From positions 32,001 through 96,000 of the forward strand of contig CAVOMX010000018.1 in the NCBI GenBank assembly GCA_963697165.1: a stretch of 64,000 nucleotides of DNA, given 5' to 3'. Source of the DNA: Candidatus Bathyarchaeota archaeon (GTDB lineage: Archaea > Thermoproteota > Bathyarchaeia > Bathyarchaeales > Bathyarchaeaceae). Position numbers and translations under genes: made by a program. The notes below the pieces were generated by a model. The model had not been told where the DNA came from. It searched no databases and saw nothing but the letters and a program-made list of their open reading frames with translations. How positions within the stretch are numbered: position 1 is the stretch's first letter; every line of letters starts with the position of its first letter. Below are positions 51,958-62,326 of the stretch, piece by piece.

Positions 51958-52779
51958 TCACGGTGACGCTGGAGCGAGCATCGGTGGATAGGAGTCCGAA
52001 GGATATTGAAGGTGAATCAACAGTATGAGCCCTAAGACTGTGGAATGCCACTTTTCGATATCAGGAGAATCCCAGCTTCCATCAGCATTCTGGTTCGCGA
52101 TGACACACTCAATAAAGGCATCGTCTACCCGTTCGCCCTGACCCGCCAGGCATAGGAAAGCTGCAGCTTCAAGCTCGATGTCATAAACCGACGAGTCTGA
52201 ATTAATTAATTCAGCATTAGCACGATATATATCTTCAACAAAATCTTGGGAGATTACCTCTTCACAACCGTTCTCTTGAATCCATATCCAAGCTAGTAGT
52301 ACATGAGTAAGATTGTATCCTCCCTTTTTTGCCGCTTCCTCAAGCATCTCAGGATAATTTTTAGGTAGCCCCAACCGATCACAATATAATGCAGGGATAA
52401 CGAAAATGTTGGTTTCACCCTGCTTATTCGCTTCATAAAAATCTGAAGGCGCAGGTTGATTGTTTTTATCTGCAATGCGTCGAAATACAGACATAGTTGG
52501 TGCAATAAGCGAATTGCTGAAAATTTCTTCGTCAAAACGCTGCAAGGCATCCGCGAACTCTAAAATTCCAAAGCGACGATAAATTACGTCGAGAAAAAGC
52601 AGGGCGTACGGATCGCGCGAGCCCTCGAAGAAGTCAATCGCTTTTTCGACCGCTACCAAATAATCTGATTGGACTGGTAAGTCTGGCGAAGGGTGCAGCA
52701 TTAGAAATACTACCAATAGACTGCATAACGCGGTTATAGCAAAAGCCAAAAAGAAAGCTCTACGTTTATTGATTTTCAT
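51958..52779 (-). CDS. Membrane-anchored hypothetical protein, alpha/alpha-barrel-like (QW-type motif)
   Basis: N-terminal TM helix; YNLTHVLL; IANQNADGSW; WHSTVLGL. Confidence 0.7.
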   Translation of the reverse strand: MKINKRRAFFLAFAITALCSLLVVFLMLHPSPDLPVQSDYLVAVEKAIDFFEGSRDPYALLFLDVIYRRFGILEFADALQRFDEEIFSNSLIAPTMSVFRRIADKNNQPAPSDFYEANKQGETNIFVIPALYCDRLGLPKNYPEMLEEAAKKGGYNLTHVLLAWIWIQENGCEEVISQDFVEDIYRANAELINSDSSVYDIELEAAAFLCLAGQGERVDDAFIECVIANQNADGSWDSPDIEKWHSTVLGLILLIHLQYPSDSYPPMLAPASP

Positions 52780-52926
52780 AATTGTTTTCTATCCTTCCTT
52801 TTGCAAACATTAAACCAATTTTTTTCAACTTTTCCTAAACTTTTGTTATAAATCTATTTGTCATGCTTATAGGTTAAAAAAATTTTGCATGATCACCTCC
52901 CTAAGAATACTTGGACGACAAAGGTC

Positions 52927-53067
52927 AAGCTAAAAAATACTTACTTTTTCATCCTAGGATGTTATTTTGAACTAATAATAGATATAACATTAAGAGTGTC
53001 AGCATCTCACTGACAAATTTTATATAATTAATAAGTTCTAAATAACGTTGGGGAGAAACAAATTTTG
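52927..53067. promoter_or_regulatory. Divergent promoter block, copy 1, with palindrome TGTCAG-N7-CTGACA (52997-53015)
   Basis: Colinear similarity to 57137-57276; lies between the 51958-52779 gene and trmB. Confidence 0.65.
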
Positions 53068-53874
53068 GGTAGTGCGGGGAATATTCAAACCTTTACCCGT
53101 TTAGGTTTTACTGCTAACCAAGCAAAAGTATACCTTGCTCTTATTGACAGAGAGTTTTCTGCTGTAAAAGAAATCCAAAAAACCTCAGAAGTGCCTCGCC
53201 AAGAAATTTACAAAATCTTATCCACACTTCAAGAGATGGGTCTTCTACAATCAACATTAACTAGACCCGTCATGTTTAAAACAATTCCAATCCAACAAGC
53301 AGTCTCCTTTTTATTGGAAAGAAAAATCAAGGAAACAGAAAATCTGCAAAAAGAGGCAGAATCATTGGTAGAGAATTATCAACATGAAAATCATAATAAT
53401 CAAGTTCAGGAATTTAAGCCCCAGTTTGTTTTAATCTCAAAACAAGAAGCATCCATAACGAAAAGGCGAGACGAGATTGATAACGCTCAATTGAGCCTCG
53501 ATTTCATCACGTCATGGAAGAGATTTCCACTAACAATTCGTACCTTCAGAGAAAATGGAAAAAAAGCCTTAGAAAGAAAAGTGAAAATAAGGGTTATACT
53601 AGAAAAGCCAAAAGACATGAATGAGCTACCAGAGGAAATGTATGATTTCGAGAAATTCTCTAATTATCAACTCAGATATATTATTGATCCCCCTAAAGCG
53701 ATAGCAGCAATTTTCGATAAGAAAAAGGCAATAATCAAAACCTCTGCATTAGGAGGTCTGGCAGACGCTCCAGCTTTATGGTCTGACAACCCATGTTTTC
53801 TATCAATATTATCTGACTATTTTGAGTTAATGTGGATAACAGCAATAGAACATTCACCAGAACAGATTTTTTAA
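53065..53874 (+). CDS. TrmB family transcriptional regulator
   Basis: LGFTANQAKVYLAL...VPRQEIYKILSTLQEMGL...P..F; C-terminal IFDKK...LWSDNP...YFELMW. Confidence 0.9.
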   Translation: MGSAGNIQTFTRLGFTANQAKVYLALIDREFSAVKEIQKTSEVPRQEIYKILSTLQEMGLLQSTLTRPVMFKTIPIQQAVSFLLERKIKETENLQKEAESLVENYQHENHNNQVQEFKPQFVLISKQEASITKRRDEIDNAQLSLDFITSWKRFPLTIRTFRENGKKALERKVKIRVILEKPKDMNELPEEMYDFEKFSNYQLRYIIDPPKAIAAIFDKKKAIIKTSALGGLADAPALWSDNPCFLSILSDYFELMWITAIEHSPEQIF

Positions 53875-54192
53875 GAACATCCTGATGTGCTCAAAGAGTA
53901 ATACTAAATGATAATTTAGCCGAAATGTTCGTCTGGGTGACCACATCTCCCGATTAATTCCCCCTTTTTCCAGCTTTTCTGAAATAAAGATCACCATATA
54001 AAGAGTAGTCTAACAAGGTTTAACGCCAGGAATAAGGGGTTTCCTGAGGTTAAACACGGGAAATTATGAGAGAGAAAACATGGAAATTTATACTATTATA
54101 CTCATTTTTTAATCGGTCTTTTTTCCTGTATTTACTCCTTTTCAGTATGCTGGAGAAATTTTGGCCTGAAGAAACGCGAATGAAAAATAATG

Positions 54193-54317
54193 TAGGAAGA
54201 AGGGTTTGCTGAGGCTTTAGCACAGTCGTTGATGAGTGATGAAACAATTATAGGCCGAATAGAGGAGAATCATGTTTCAGTCTTCTGTGTTTGAGCCTTT
54301 TCAGTCCCTTATTCCTA
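54193..54317 (+). ncRNA. Putative structured rod-like hairpin element, copy 2
   Basis: TAGGAA/TTCCTA, AAGGG/CCCTT, GCTGA/TCAGT, AGGCTTTAGCACAG/CTGTGTTTGAGCCT (G.U pairs), 8-nt bulge TCGTTGAT, TGAAACA/TGTTTCA. Confidence 0.5.
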
Positions 54318-54359
54318 TAATCTTTAACTCCCACAAAAAAAGGGAGGGAAAATTTGGGA

Positions 54360-57088
54360 TTATTTTCGCTTTTTGTAATACCCAGAAAGCTGCTACGCCT
54401 ACTACTGCTAGCAACAACTACAGCTGCGATGATTGCGACTTCGGTGGTGATCAAAGGTGTTTCAGGGGTTGGCTCTGGCGAAGGCGAGGGTGACGGTTCA
54501 GGTGAGGGTGAAGGCGATGGCGAAGGTGAAGGTTCAGGTGAAGGCGATGGCGAAGGTGATGGAGAAGGTGAAGGTGATGGCGAAGGCGAAGGTGAAGGTT
54601 CAGGTTCTATTGGACCACCAGGTGAAGTTGCTGGACCTACTGTAACCCATGTAGTAGAAGATGAGCTACCGTAGGAGTCGTCTGCTTCAAAAGATGCAAT
54701 TATCTTGTATGTGCCTTCTGCTGTTGGAGTCCAAGCTTTTCCAAAGGTTCCCGAATATCCGTCAGTTGTTACAGTCCCGATATCAACATACGATCCATCT
54801 TCAGCTATTGCACTAAGAACTACTGGAACCCCAGTAATCGTCTCGTTGTGCCAAATGCCGTCAATTGGATACCCGAAGAATAGGTATTGCATTTGAGTAT
54901 TCATAGAATCTGCAGATACGCATGGTGTGCCTGACAGATCTGGACTCATGTCAAGGACACTTCCTGTTATCGTCATAGCCGTTCCTTTTGGTACAGCAGT
55001 TAATGGACCCATAACTGTTGTTTCGCTTTCACCTTTGCCGAAGACATACATGTATCCGTCATTGCTGGTAATTGTGAGGTATCCGTCTGCTATTGGACCT
55101 GGACCTCCCCAAGTCCATGGTCCCTCTAGTTTCCATACTGGCTCGCCTGTAATAGCGTCCACACAGTTTACTCCCCATCCTCTTGTGATGGGCGGAGTTG
55201 GAGTGTGCTCGTTATTTAATGTGTAGAGTTTTCCATCAGCAATCCAAGCATCTACTATCGAACGAATATACTGTTGTGCCGATCATGTCACGATATGGAG
55301 TTTCGTATACGCTTGATGCTGGGTCTTCGTATTTCCATACTATGTCCCCAGTGTCCCAGTCAAAGGCATAGATACCGTCGTAGGATTGTCGGTAAAACAT
55401 GCCGTAAGCTGACTCTATAGCGTATCCTCCGAAGCTGGCTTCTCCCCAAGGATATTCCATCAAATCGCTTGTCCATGCTAGGGTTCCTGTAGCTAGATTC
55501 CAACTTTGAAATACCCGCCTTTGAATAGTATTGCGACTTTTCCATGGTCTGCGACAGAAACTGATCCGCTATACATACCTTCGGAGGGCAATTCAACTTC
55601 CCAGAGCTGTTCACCTGTTAGCAGGTTATAACCTTGTACTTTTGTTCCATAGGATTGCTCCCATTTGAGGTGGAGTTATACTGCTATATGTTGCACCATA
55701 GCCTGATTCGAAGTCATACAGAGTAGGAATACTGCTTCTCGCGTAGGATGTGTTGCTTATTATATCGGGTTCACGCCCACGGCCGATATTACCGAAACCA
55801 GCTGGCTTTTGCGCAGTGCTCCAGTTGATTAAACGGTATTCAGGGTGCCTGTCGCCGATGATTCTGTATGCTCAACGCATAGCAGTTCCGGTAGTACAAC
55901 GCTGAGGACGTTAATGCTGGAATTTCCACGTCTAAACCTAAAGCTCCAGTGAATGGATTATACTTCTTCAGACGACCACCGCCTATGTAAATAAGACTTG
56001 CATAGCCTATATCTCCAAAAGCGCGCCCTGAACCGCCAGGAACTTCTCCACTTCCCTCATCGTATTCGATGTATTGGGGTGTACCGTCAACATCTGTCTT
56101 TTCCCAGTAGATTTCACCTGTACGTAAATCATAGCACTGCCAAACGCTTCCTGTAGTTCCATCCGGCAACACTTTTGTAACTGTTTGGTAGCATCTTCCA
56201 GCATAGATTATGTTTGGTGTACCTGGATCCCCGCTCATTTGGAACATTGGGACGTTCGATCCTCTTCTCGCTTCCCCTCCGACTACGCCAGCTATGTCTC
56301 CTTGTCGTCTCCACACTATGTGAGATGTCTCTGGTGCCTCGCGATACGGAAGGAAATCATATCTGTCACTATAGAATCTGTTTGTGTCAGCTGGCCAGTC
56401 TGATCCCACTCCCGGACCATGCCATGGATAGTTTCCTGCTATTGATGCCCACTCTCTGTTCACAAATTGTATGGGTCGTGTCCAGTAGTCGGTTGGAAGA
56501 GCTAGACTCAGGCCAAGAATATACAATGTCTTCTTGTACTGTCAAGTTCCTGCTTTGCAGTGGAGGTAGGTCTATAGTAGCAATCATCATCAAAGTGGAT
56601 GGTGACACCAGCTACGGTCGCACCACCAGCGATATGCTTGGTAGTCTCCTGCTGGGAAATAGCTTCCAGGGAAGATAAACTGGATTGTCCATGTACCAAC
56701 CTGGTCAACTATCCATGGGAACCACGATGTTGAGTCTCCACGATAGGTAGGCAATGTGTAGTTCGGTTTCATGTCCTGAGGGATTTGTGATTACGACTGT
56801 GTAATCTGAGTGGTAGCGGACTACATGAGTTGGGGGCTCAAGCCACATGTTAACTAGGATTTCCTGGTTAACTCCTACGGGGTTAGGTCTGAAGCTGAGA
56901 TAAGCTTTGGTGTCGACTTCGAAACTAGGAGTTACGCCAGCAGGAAGAGGTATTGAACCACCTTCTTCCACTCCTCCTGTACCTTGAGCTTGTATTGAAA
57001 CAGTTGTCATTAGCATAAAAGCAGAAATCATCATAAGAACAATAACGATTGTAGCTGTTAATTTTGTTTTGTTTATTGAAAATTTCAA
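54360..57088 (-). CDS. Large secreted PQQ-like beta-propeller repeat surface protein with Ig-like domain, Pro/Ser linker and C-terminal TM anchor (many frameshifts)
   Basis: Signal peptide; AYLSFRPNPVGVNQ; CYDLRTGEIYW; YAFDWDTGDIVWKY; DAITGEPVWK; IADGY; (PS)n linker; ITTEVAIIAAVVVA anchor. Confidence 0.85.
54472..54606 (-). repeat. Coding low-complexity repeat (PS)n/EPS linker
   Basis: EPEPSPSPSPSPSPSPSPSPSPEPSPSPSPSPSPEPSPSPSPEP encoded by degenerate 6-bp units. Confidence 0.9.
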
Positions 57089-57136
57089 TTTTTTTTCTCC
57101 TTTATTTCATTTTTTTATTTTTTTGGGAAAGAAATT

Positions 57137-57276
57137 AAGCTAAAAAATGCTTACTAATTCCCCCAGAATGTTGTGTTGTAACAAAGATGTATTTAATATT
57201 AATTGTTTCAGCTTCCTAACTGACAACTTATGAACCATTAACATATTCTGATAACGATTAGAAGAAACAAATTTTG
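57137..57276. promoter_or_regulatory. Divergent promoter block, copy 2
   Basis: Shares AAGCTAAAAAAT-CTTACT, ATGTT, ATTAA, TCAGC..ACTGACAA, ATAACG and AGAAACAAATTTTG with 52927-53067 at matching spacing. Confidence 0.65.
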
Positions 57277-57328
57277 TTTTGTGTGCCCGAAAAGGTTTAT
57301 TAACTGTTCTTTGTTTCTTAGCTACAAG

Positions 57329-57377
57329 TTCCTATGGGATGTGACCCGTTAGGGTTGAACCGAAAGAATGTGAGGAA
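57329..57377 (+). promoter_or_regulatory. Candidate structured 5' leader of rpl15e
   Basis: TTCCT...AGGAA closing stem and internal CCC-GTTA-GGG hairpin flanked by ATGTGA/TTGA; TTTATTAA about 30 nt upstream. Confidence 0.4.
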
Positions 57378-57383
57378 TAAGAA

Positions 57384-57958
57384 ATGGCATACAAATATAT
57401 TGCAGAGGCTTGGAAAAAGCCAAATGAATCCTTTGTTAAGGACCTAATGTGGCAAAGAGCCATAACATGGAGAAAACAACACGCAATTCTTAAGAATCGA
57501 AAGACCAACCCGACTAGACCGTGCAAGAAACCTTGGATACAAGGCAAAGCAGGGCATAGTAATGGCTCGGGTTCGAGTTAGACGATCAGGATTCAGGAAA
57601 AGTAAGACCAACTGGCGGTCGCAGACAGAAACGGATGGGTGTCAACAAATTCAAAGTCGGCAAAAACATGAGATTGATTGCCGAGGAACGTGCTGGTAGA
57701 CGTTTTCCGAACTTAGAAGTTCTAAACTCCTACTGGGTATGGGAAGATGGACGCTTCAAATGGTACGAAGTAATAATGGTTGACCCCATGATCTTGCCTG
57801 ATCATCCAGTAGCATTCCAGACAAGACGCGTATTCCGTGGCTTAACCAGTGCAGGCAAACAGGCTCGTGGACTACACAACAGAGGATTAGGCGCAGAAAA
57901 AGTTAGACCAAGCAAAAAAGCAATCCTAAAACGAAGAGCCAAACATCAACGCAAATAA
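57384..57958 (+). CDS. rpl15e: 50S ribosomal protein eL15 (frameshifts)
   Basis: [13 protein letters not shown]...[19 protein letters not shown] in the shifted frame; [45 protein letters not shown]. Confidence 0.95.
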
Positions 57959-58084
57959 GTACAAGGGGCGTAGCCACGTTTTTTGATGGCACCCAACAAA
58001 ATTTTCTTCTTTTTCTTATATTTTTTTGTTTCATGTTACTTGACATATTTATATCAAGTGACGTTATAGAATTCTGATGCGAGA

Positions 58085-58541
58085 GTGAGATATGATTTGT
58101 CTCAGCTGCCTATAGCCTACGTGGATATCCGATTCTGTGCCCACGCCACCGAAGACCTAGACAAGGTCATGGAGGCAATTCACAATATTTTGCCAAACGA
58201 CCAAACTGAAGAAATAGCATTTAACAAAAGCGTCTTAGAGGGGCATTACGGTAACCCAATAACCTTTTTTGAAGCAAGAATCAAGGATAAAGAAACAATT
58301 AGGGTATTAGTTGAGAAATCTGTCAGCTAATCTTGGTTCCTTGGATAAAGATGAGTTAGGCAGAGAAATAAACCGTTACTTTGAGAAAGGAAGTCTCTAC
58401 ATTCGACTGGACAAGCAAGCTGCATTTCAAGGCAAAATCAAGCTCGTTACATCAGACCCCATACGCGTACGTATAAGATTTAGAAAATCGAAAATCGACG
58501 ATGTAACCGAGATTTGCAGAGAAATCGGGATGCTAACATGA
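58085..58541 (+). CDS. Predicted RNA-binding protein of the exosome/RNase P superoperon (COG1325-like; frameshift)
   Basis: HATEDLDKV...EGHYGNPI; LYIRLDKQ. Confidence 0.85.
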
Positions 58542-59267
58542 AACGGTTCGCTGACTTGCATCTTCGGGTACCACTAAAAGACATTTCTCAGACAGAAAAG
58601 ATGGTATTAAAGCCCAAGAGCTAGGCTACAGCATAATAGGAATACCAATATCACCCCATGCATCACGAGAACAAATCAGCCAACTCAAGCAAATCTGCAG
58701 AGACGCAAAAGTAGATTTTGTTTCACGAATCAACCTTTCTCCCAGAAACTCCAAACGAACTACTAAATGACCTCCGCCAATTCAGACGAAAATTCGAAAT
58801 CATATGCAGTAAGATGCGACACAAAAGACGTTGCCAGACAAGCAGCAAAAGACAGACGAGTAGACTTACTCCAATTTTCTGTTACAAACCTCCGCAAAAG
58901 ATTCTTTGACGAACAAGAAGCTGAACTTGCCTCGCAGGCTCTCTCATCACTCGAAATCGAGTTGGCTCCAATACTGCAGTTAACAAGTTTTTCCAGAATC
59001 CGCCTTATATCCAGTCTAAGAAAGGAAGTGGCAACAGCAGAAAGAGCAGGTGTGCCAATCATACTTTCCAGCGGCGCAACAACTGAACAGCTTATGAGAG
59101 GACCACGCGACTATGCCGCATTGACAACCATCTTCGACTTGTCTTTACCCTCTGCATTGAAGGCTGTGTCGGAAACTCCGTGGGTTACGGTTGAAAGAAA
59201 CAGGAAAAAATTGAGTCCAGATTATGTGGCTCCGGGAATACGGGTTGTAGGAAGGAAAACCGTTTGA
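58538..59267 (+). CDS. rnp3: Ribonuclease P protein Rpp30 (frameshifts)
   Basis: FADLHL N-terminus; A.KDRRVDLL; PIILSSGA....MRGPRD; position next to pop5. Confidence 0.85.
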
Positions 59268-59578
59268 TTAAACGAGAAAAGAGACGCTATTTAGCTCTCA
59301 AAGTTGAATGCAAGCAGCCACCAGATGAACTTGCAGTATTGGATGCTGTTTATGCTTCGGTTCAGAGGCTCTTTGGCGAGTATGGCGCCAGCCAAGCAAA
59401 CATCAAACCGATAAAATATCTTCCAGAAAAAAGCCAATTTGTTATCCGCTGTTCTCACCTAATGCTTGAGCGGGTCAGAGCTGCCATCGCCTCAACTGTT
59501 GAAGTAAACGGAATAAAAGCAGCAGTTCATGTAGTGGGCGTCTCGGGAACACTGAAGGCGCTATCCAAAAAGACATAA
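59264..59578 (+). CDS. rnp2: Ribonuclease P protein Pop5
   Basis: REKRRYL...LFGEYG...IRC...VSGTLK. Confidence 0.9.
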   Translation: MIKREKRRYLALKVECKQPPDELAVLDAVYASVQRLFGEYGASQANIKPIKYLPEKSQFVIRCSHLMLERVRAAIASTVEVNGIKAAVHVVGVSGTLKALSKKT

Positions 59579-59624
59579 AAAAAGAGAAGGGGTTGCGCCC
59601 TTTTTAGGCGCTGACATAGGCTTA

Positions 59625-60940
59625 TTAGTTGTCTTCCATCATGTCTTCGGGGTATGCCAAGGTCTTGTGCAGTGCTATGTCCAGTCCGTAGAGTTCTTCG
59701 TCCCTTGTGACACGCAGTATTTTCAGTTTATTCAAGGCAGTGAACATTATCAGTCCCATTACTCCAGCCCATAGTGCTATTGATCCTGCGCCGATTAGCC
59801 TGTACTCCGATTTGGTGAATCCATTCACTGACAGTTGCGAATCCGTATATTGGGTGTCCTCCAAGTGCTTGTGCACCGAATAGTCCTGTAGCGATTGTTC
59901 CCCAGATTCCACATGCTGCGTGCACTGGGAAACAGGCAGTAGCATCGTCAATGTGCAGTTTGTATTCCACTAGTCCAGTAACGAACGTGGTGATTACTCC
60001 TGCGACGATACCGATTACGAACGCTGCTAGTGGATGAACCAGTGCCGCTCCTGAACATATTGCTACAGCTCCCGCAAGCAAGCCCACCATGCTTGTTAGC
60101 ACGTGACCTCTTGAGGTAATTGCTGCACCGAACATGCCTCCAGCCATACACATTGCTGTGGTTAGTGAAACCCATGCTAGTTCTACGTTGATTGTCATTG
60201 GATCTGATGCTACGCTTGAGCCGACGTTGAAACCAAACCATCCGAACGCCAACAGCCATGCACCGATTACTGACAGCGGAATGCTATGCCCAAAGAACGT
60301 CCGCGGCATCTTGTGTTTACCAACGAATTTTCCAATCCTTGGACCTATAACGTATGCTCCAGTTATTGCCAGCATACCTCCGACCAGGTGAACTACACTT
60401 GAACCAGCGTAATCGATGTATCCGATTTGTGATAACCAGCCTCCACCCCAAACCCAGTGTTCAACCACAGGATAGATGAAGCCTGCTATGCCTACAGCGG
60501 CTAGTATCCATCCCCAGAACTTGTCACGTTCGGCCAATGCTCCAGGAACGATGCCCACGACGGTTATAGCAAACATCGCCATTTTGAACCATGTTGCAAG
60601 GTCAGCAATACCAGACGGGCTTGCGGGTATGCCATAAGCTCCGGTTTCAGACAGTAATGGCGGCAACGGGTTAGCAATTGTGGGAACAAACTGCGGTAAC
60701 CCTAATACAGGGTTAGACTACGTAGTATGCCAGCGGGAAACCTATTAAGAAATAGACAACAAACGCTAGTGTCCATCCTACGTTGATTTGAAGTATCGTA
60801 TGAGTAACGTTCTTTTTGCGAACCATTCCTGCATAGAACAGGGCAAAACCTGCTGTTGCCATTATGAAAATGGCTACAGGTGCCCATCCTACGAAGAAGT
60901 TCTGCTGGAACGCCGCCCATACTTCATCTGTCATAGTCAT
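59625..60940 (-). CDS. amt: Ammonium transporter, Amt family (frameshifts)
   Basis: GFALFYAGMVRKKN; GALAER; YPVVEHWVWGGGWL; DYAGSSVVH; FGWFGFNVGS; IDDA...VH; ELYGLDIALH. Confidence 0.95.
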
Positions 60941-60955
60941 TGTTTATCATTCCTA

Positions 60956-61697
60956 TTAATTACCGCCGAACCAAACCGGCTTCAGCGAAAAGGGTATCTC
61001 TTCTACTGACAGCCCACCTGCTGCAATGTTTAGTTTTAGTACTTGAGGTTTTAAGGGTACGCTTCGCGACTTCCGAAGAAGGAAAACACGTGTCCATACT
61101 ACGTCATGCTTTCGGTAGTCAAGATATATCAAGTGGTCTACAAGGTATTCGGTGATTCCTGGATTCGGGGGAATACCTTCGGCACTAAATAGCACAGTGG
61201 CTCCTTGGCGTTTGGTTTCTATTAGTAGCTTCATGAAGACTTGCTCGGAATTCATTAGAGTTAGATAACCGCCTAGCCAGTGAAGATAGTGAGTCAATTA
61301 CAATTCTGGAGGCACCGGGTTGTGCAGCTAATCCTTTTTCAACGATGCCCATGGCTTCCTGTTTTGTCAACCAGACAGTATTCGCTATGTAGCTTGCAGT
61401 GATAGACAAGTTAACGACTTTTATTGTTCCATTTCGGATTAGGTTAGGGAAGTCGGACCAGAGTTCGCCTCCTGTTCGCATTACTGTTTCAGGGGTTTCT
61501 TCTGTTGTGATGTACAGGCATTTTTCGCCGTTCTTTGCGCCTTTGTAAAGGAATTGCAAACAGCAGATAGTTTTACCAGTACCAGGTTCACCTCGCACCA
61601 GTATTGCATCGCCTTTTGGAATGCCGGGAATAAATTTTTCCAGGCCATCCAGCCCGATGTCGATCCATTCAATATTTGACGTTTGTTGCATTGTCAT
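60956..61697 (-). CDS. Single-domain KaiC/RAD55-like RecA-superfamily ATPase, copy A (frameshifts)
   Basis: GEPGTGKT, LYITTEE, IVIDSLS, EYLVDHLIYL, LRKSR. Confidence 0.88.
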
Positions 61698-61797
61698 ACT
61701 GAATCACCTCTCATTCAATTAAAATGAGGTAATATTGACAATTTGTATATAAATATTTCCTTTTCTCTGAATGTTTTTTTAGAAAAATAACTATTAA

Positions 61798-61811
61798 TGA
61801 ACAATTGTTCA
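61798..61811. promoter_or_regulatory. Perfect 14-bp palindrome upstream of the ATPase A-amt operon
   Basis: TGAACAATTGTTCA; a variant, TGAATAAGTGTTCA, sits at the equivalent position upstream of copy B (63173-63186). Confidence 0.6.
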
Positions 61812-62326
61812 AGATGTCATTAACAAATCAAGCATGACATAATCAATTTTTCAACTGATTAATCCAAAACAATTTATTACTAAAAAATAAATCATTAAAA
61901 ATCCTTTTAATTCAAAAAGAGTGAACCGATAAAATATACACATTCATGAGCACACAAAAGATCAAAAACGGTGCGGGCAACCGATTTAAAATCTTTAATT
62001 GTAAAAAACATCGAGCTGTTTTGTAAAGCTTGGCGCTACAACCCAAAGATACATTATCAAAAAAGTATTGAGAATAGTGTGACTCTGTTTGAGATCGAGT
62101 CCAGCTCCATCATCTGTTATTAATTTGCCAGAAGCAATAGGCTAATAACAAAGCAGTAAAGCCAAAAAGGGCTAACCGTGAATCTCAGTTAAATCCCCAT
62201 CACTTATGTTTGTTTTAGGAAAAAGAAAAAGTCAACCTCACAATTAATGTGAGGTAATCTAAACAATGAAGTTTTGCTGAAACACAAAATAAACTTCATG
62301 AGTATAGTGATTGTTTATTCGCTTGT

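Noticed and set aside
54050..54247. 65-aa minus-strand ORF overlapping hairpin copy 2
   Set aside because: The equivalent frame is not preserved in copy 1, and the differences fit base pairing better than codon conservation.
54225..54290. Hammerhead ribozyme (TTGATGA...GAAAC...GTT) inside hairpin copy 2
   Set aside because: The core is UUGAUGA rather than CUGAUGA, stem I cannot form, and copy 1 has no GAAA at the matching position.
54472..54606. CRISPR-like or non-coding tandem repeat; + strand GEGEGD ORF 54354-54674
   Set aside because: It is the in-frame (PS)n linker of the minus-strand surface protein; the + ORF is its antisense shadow.
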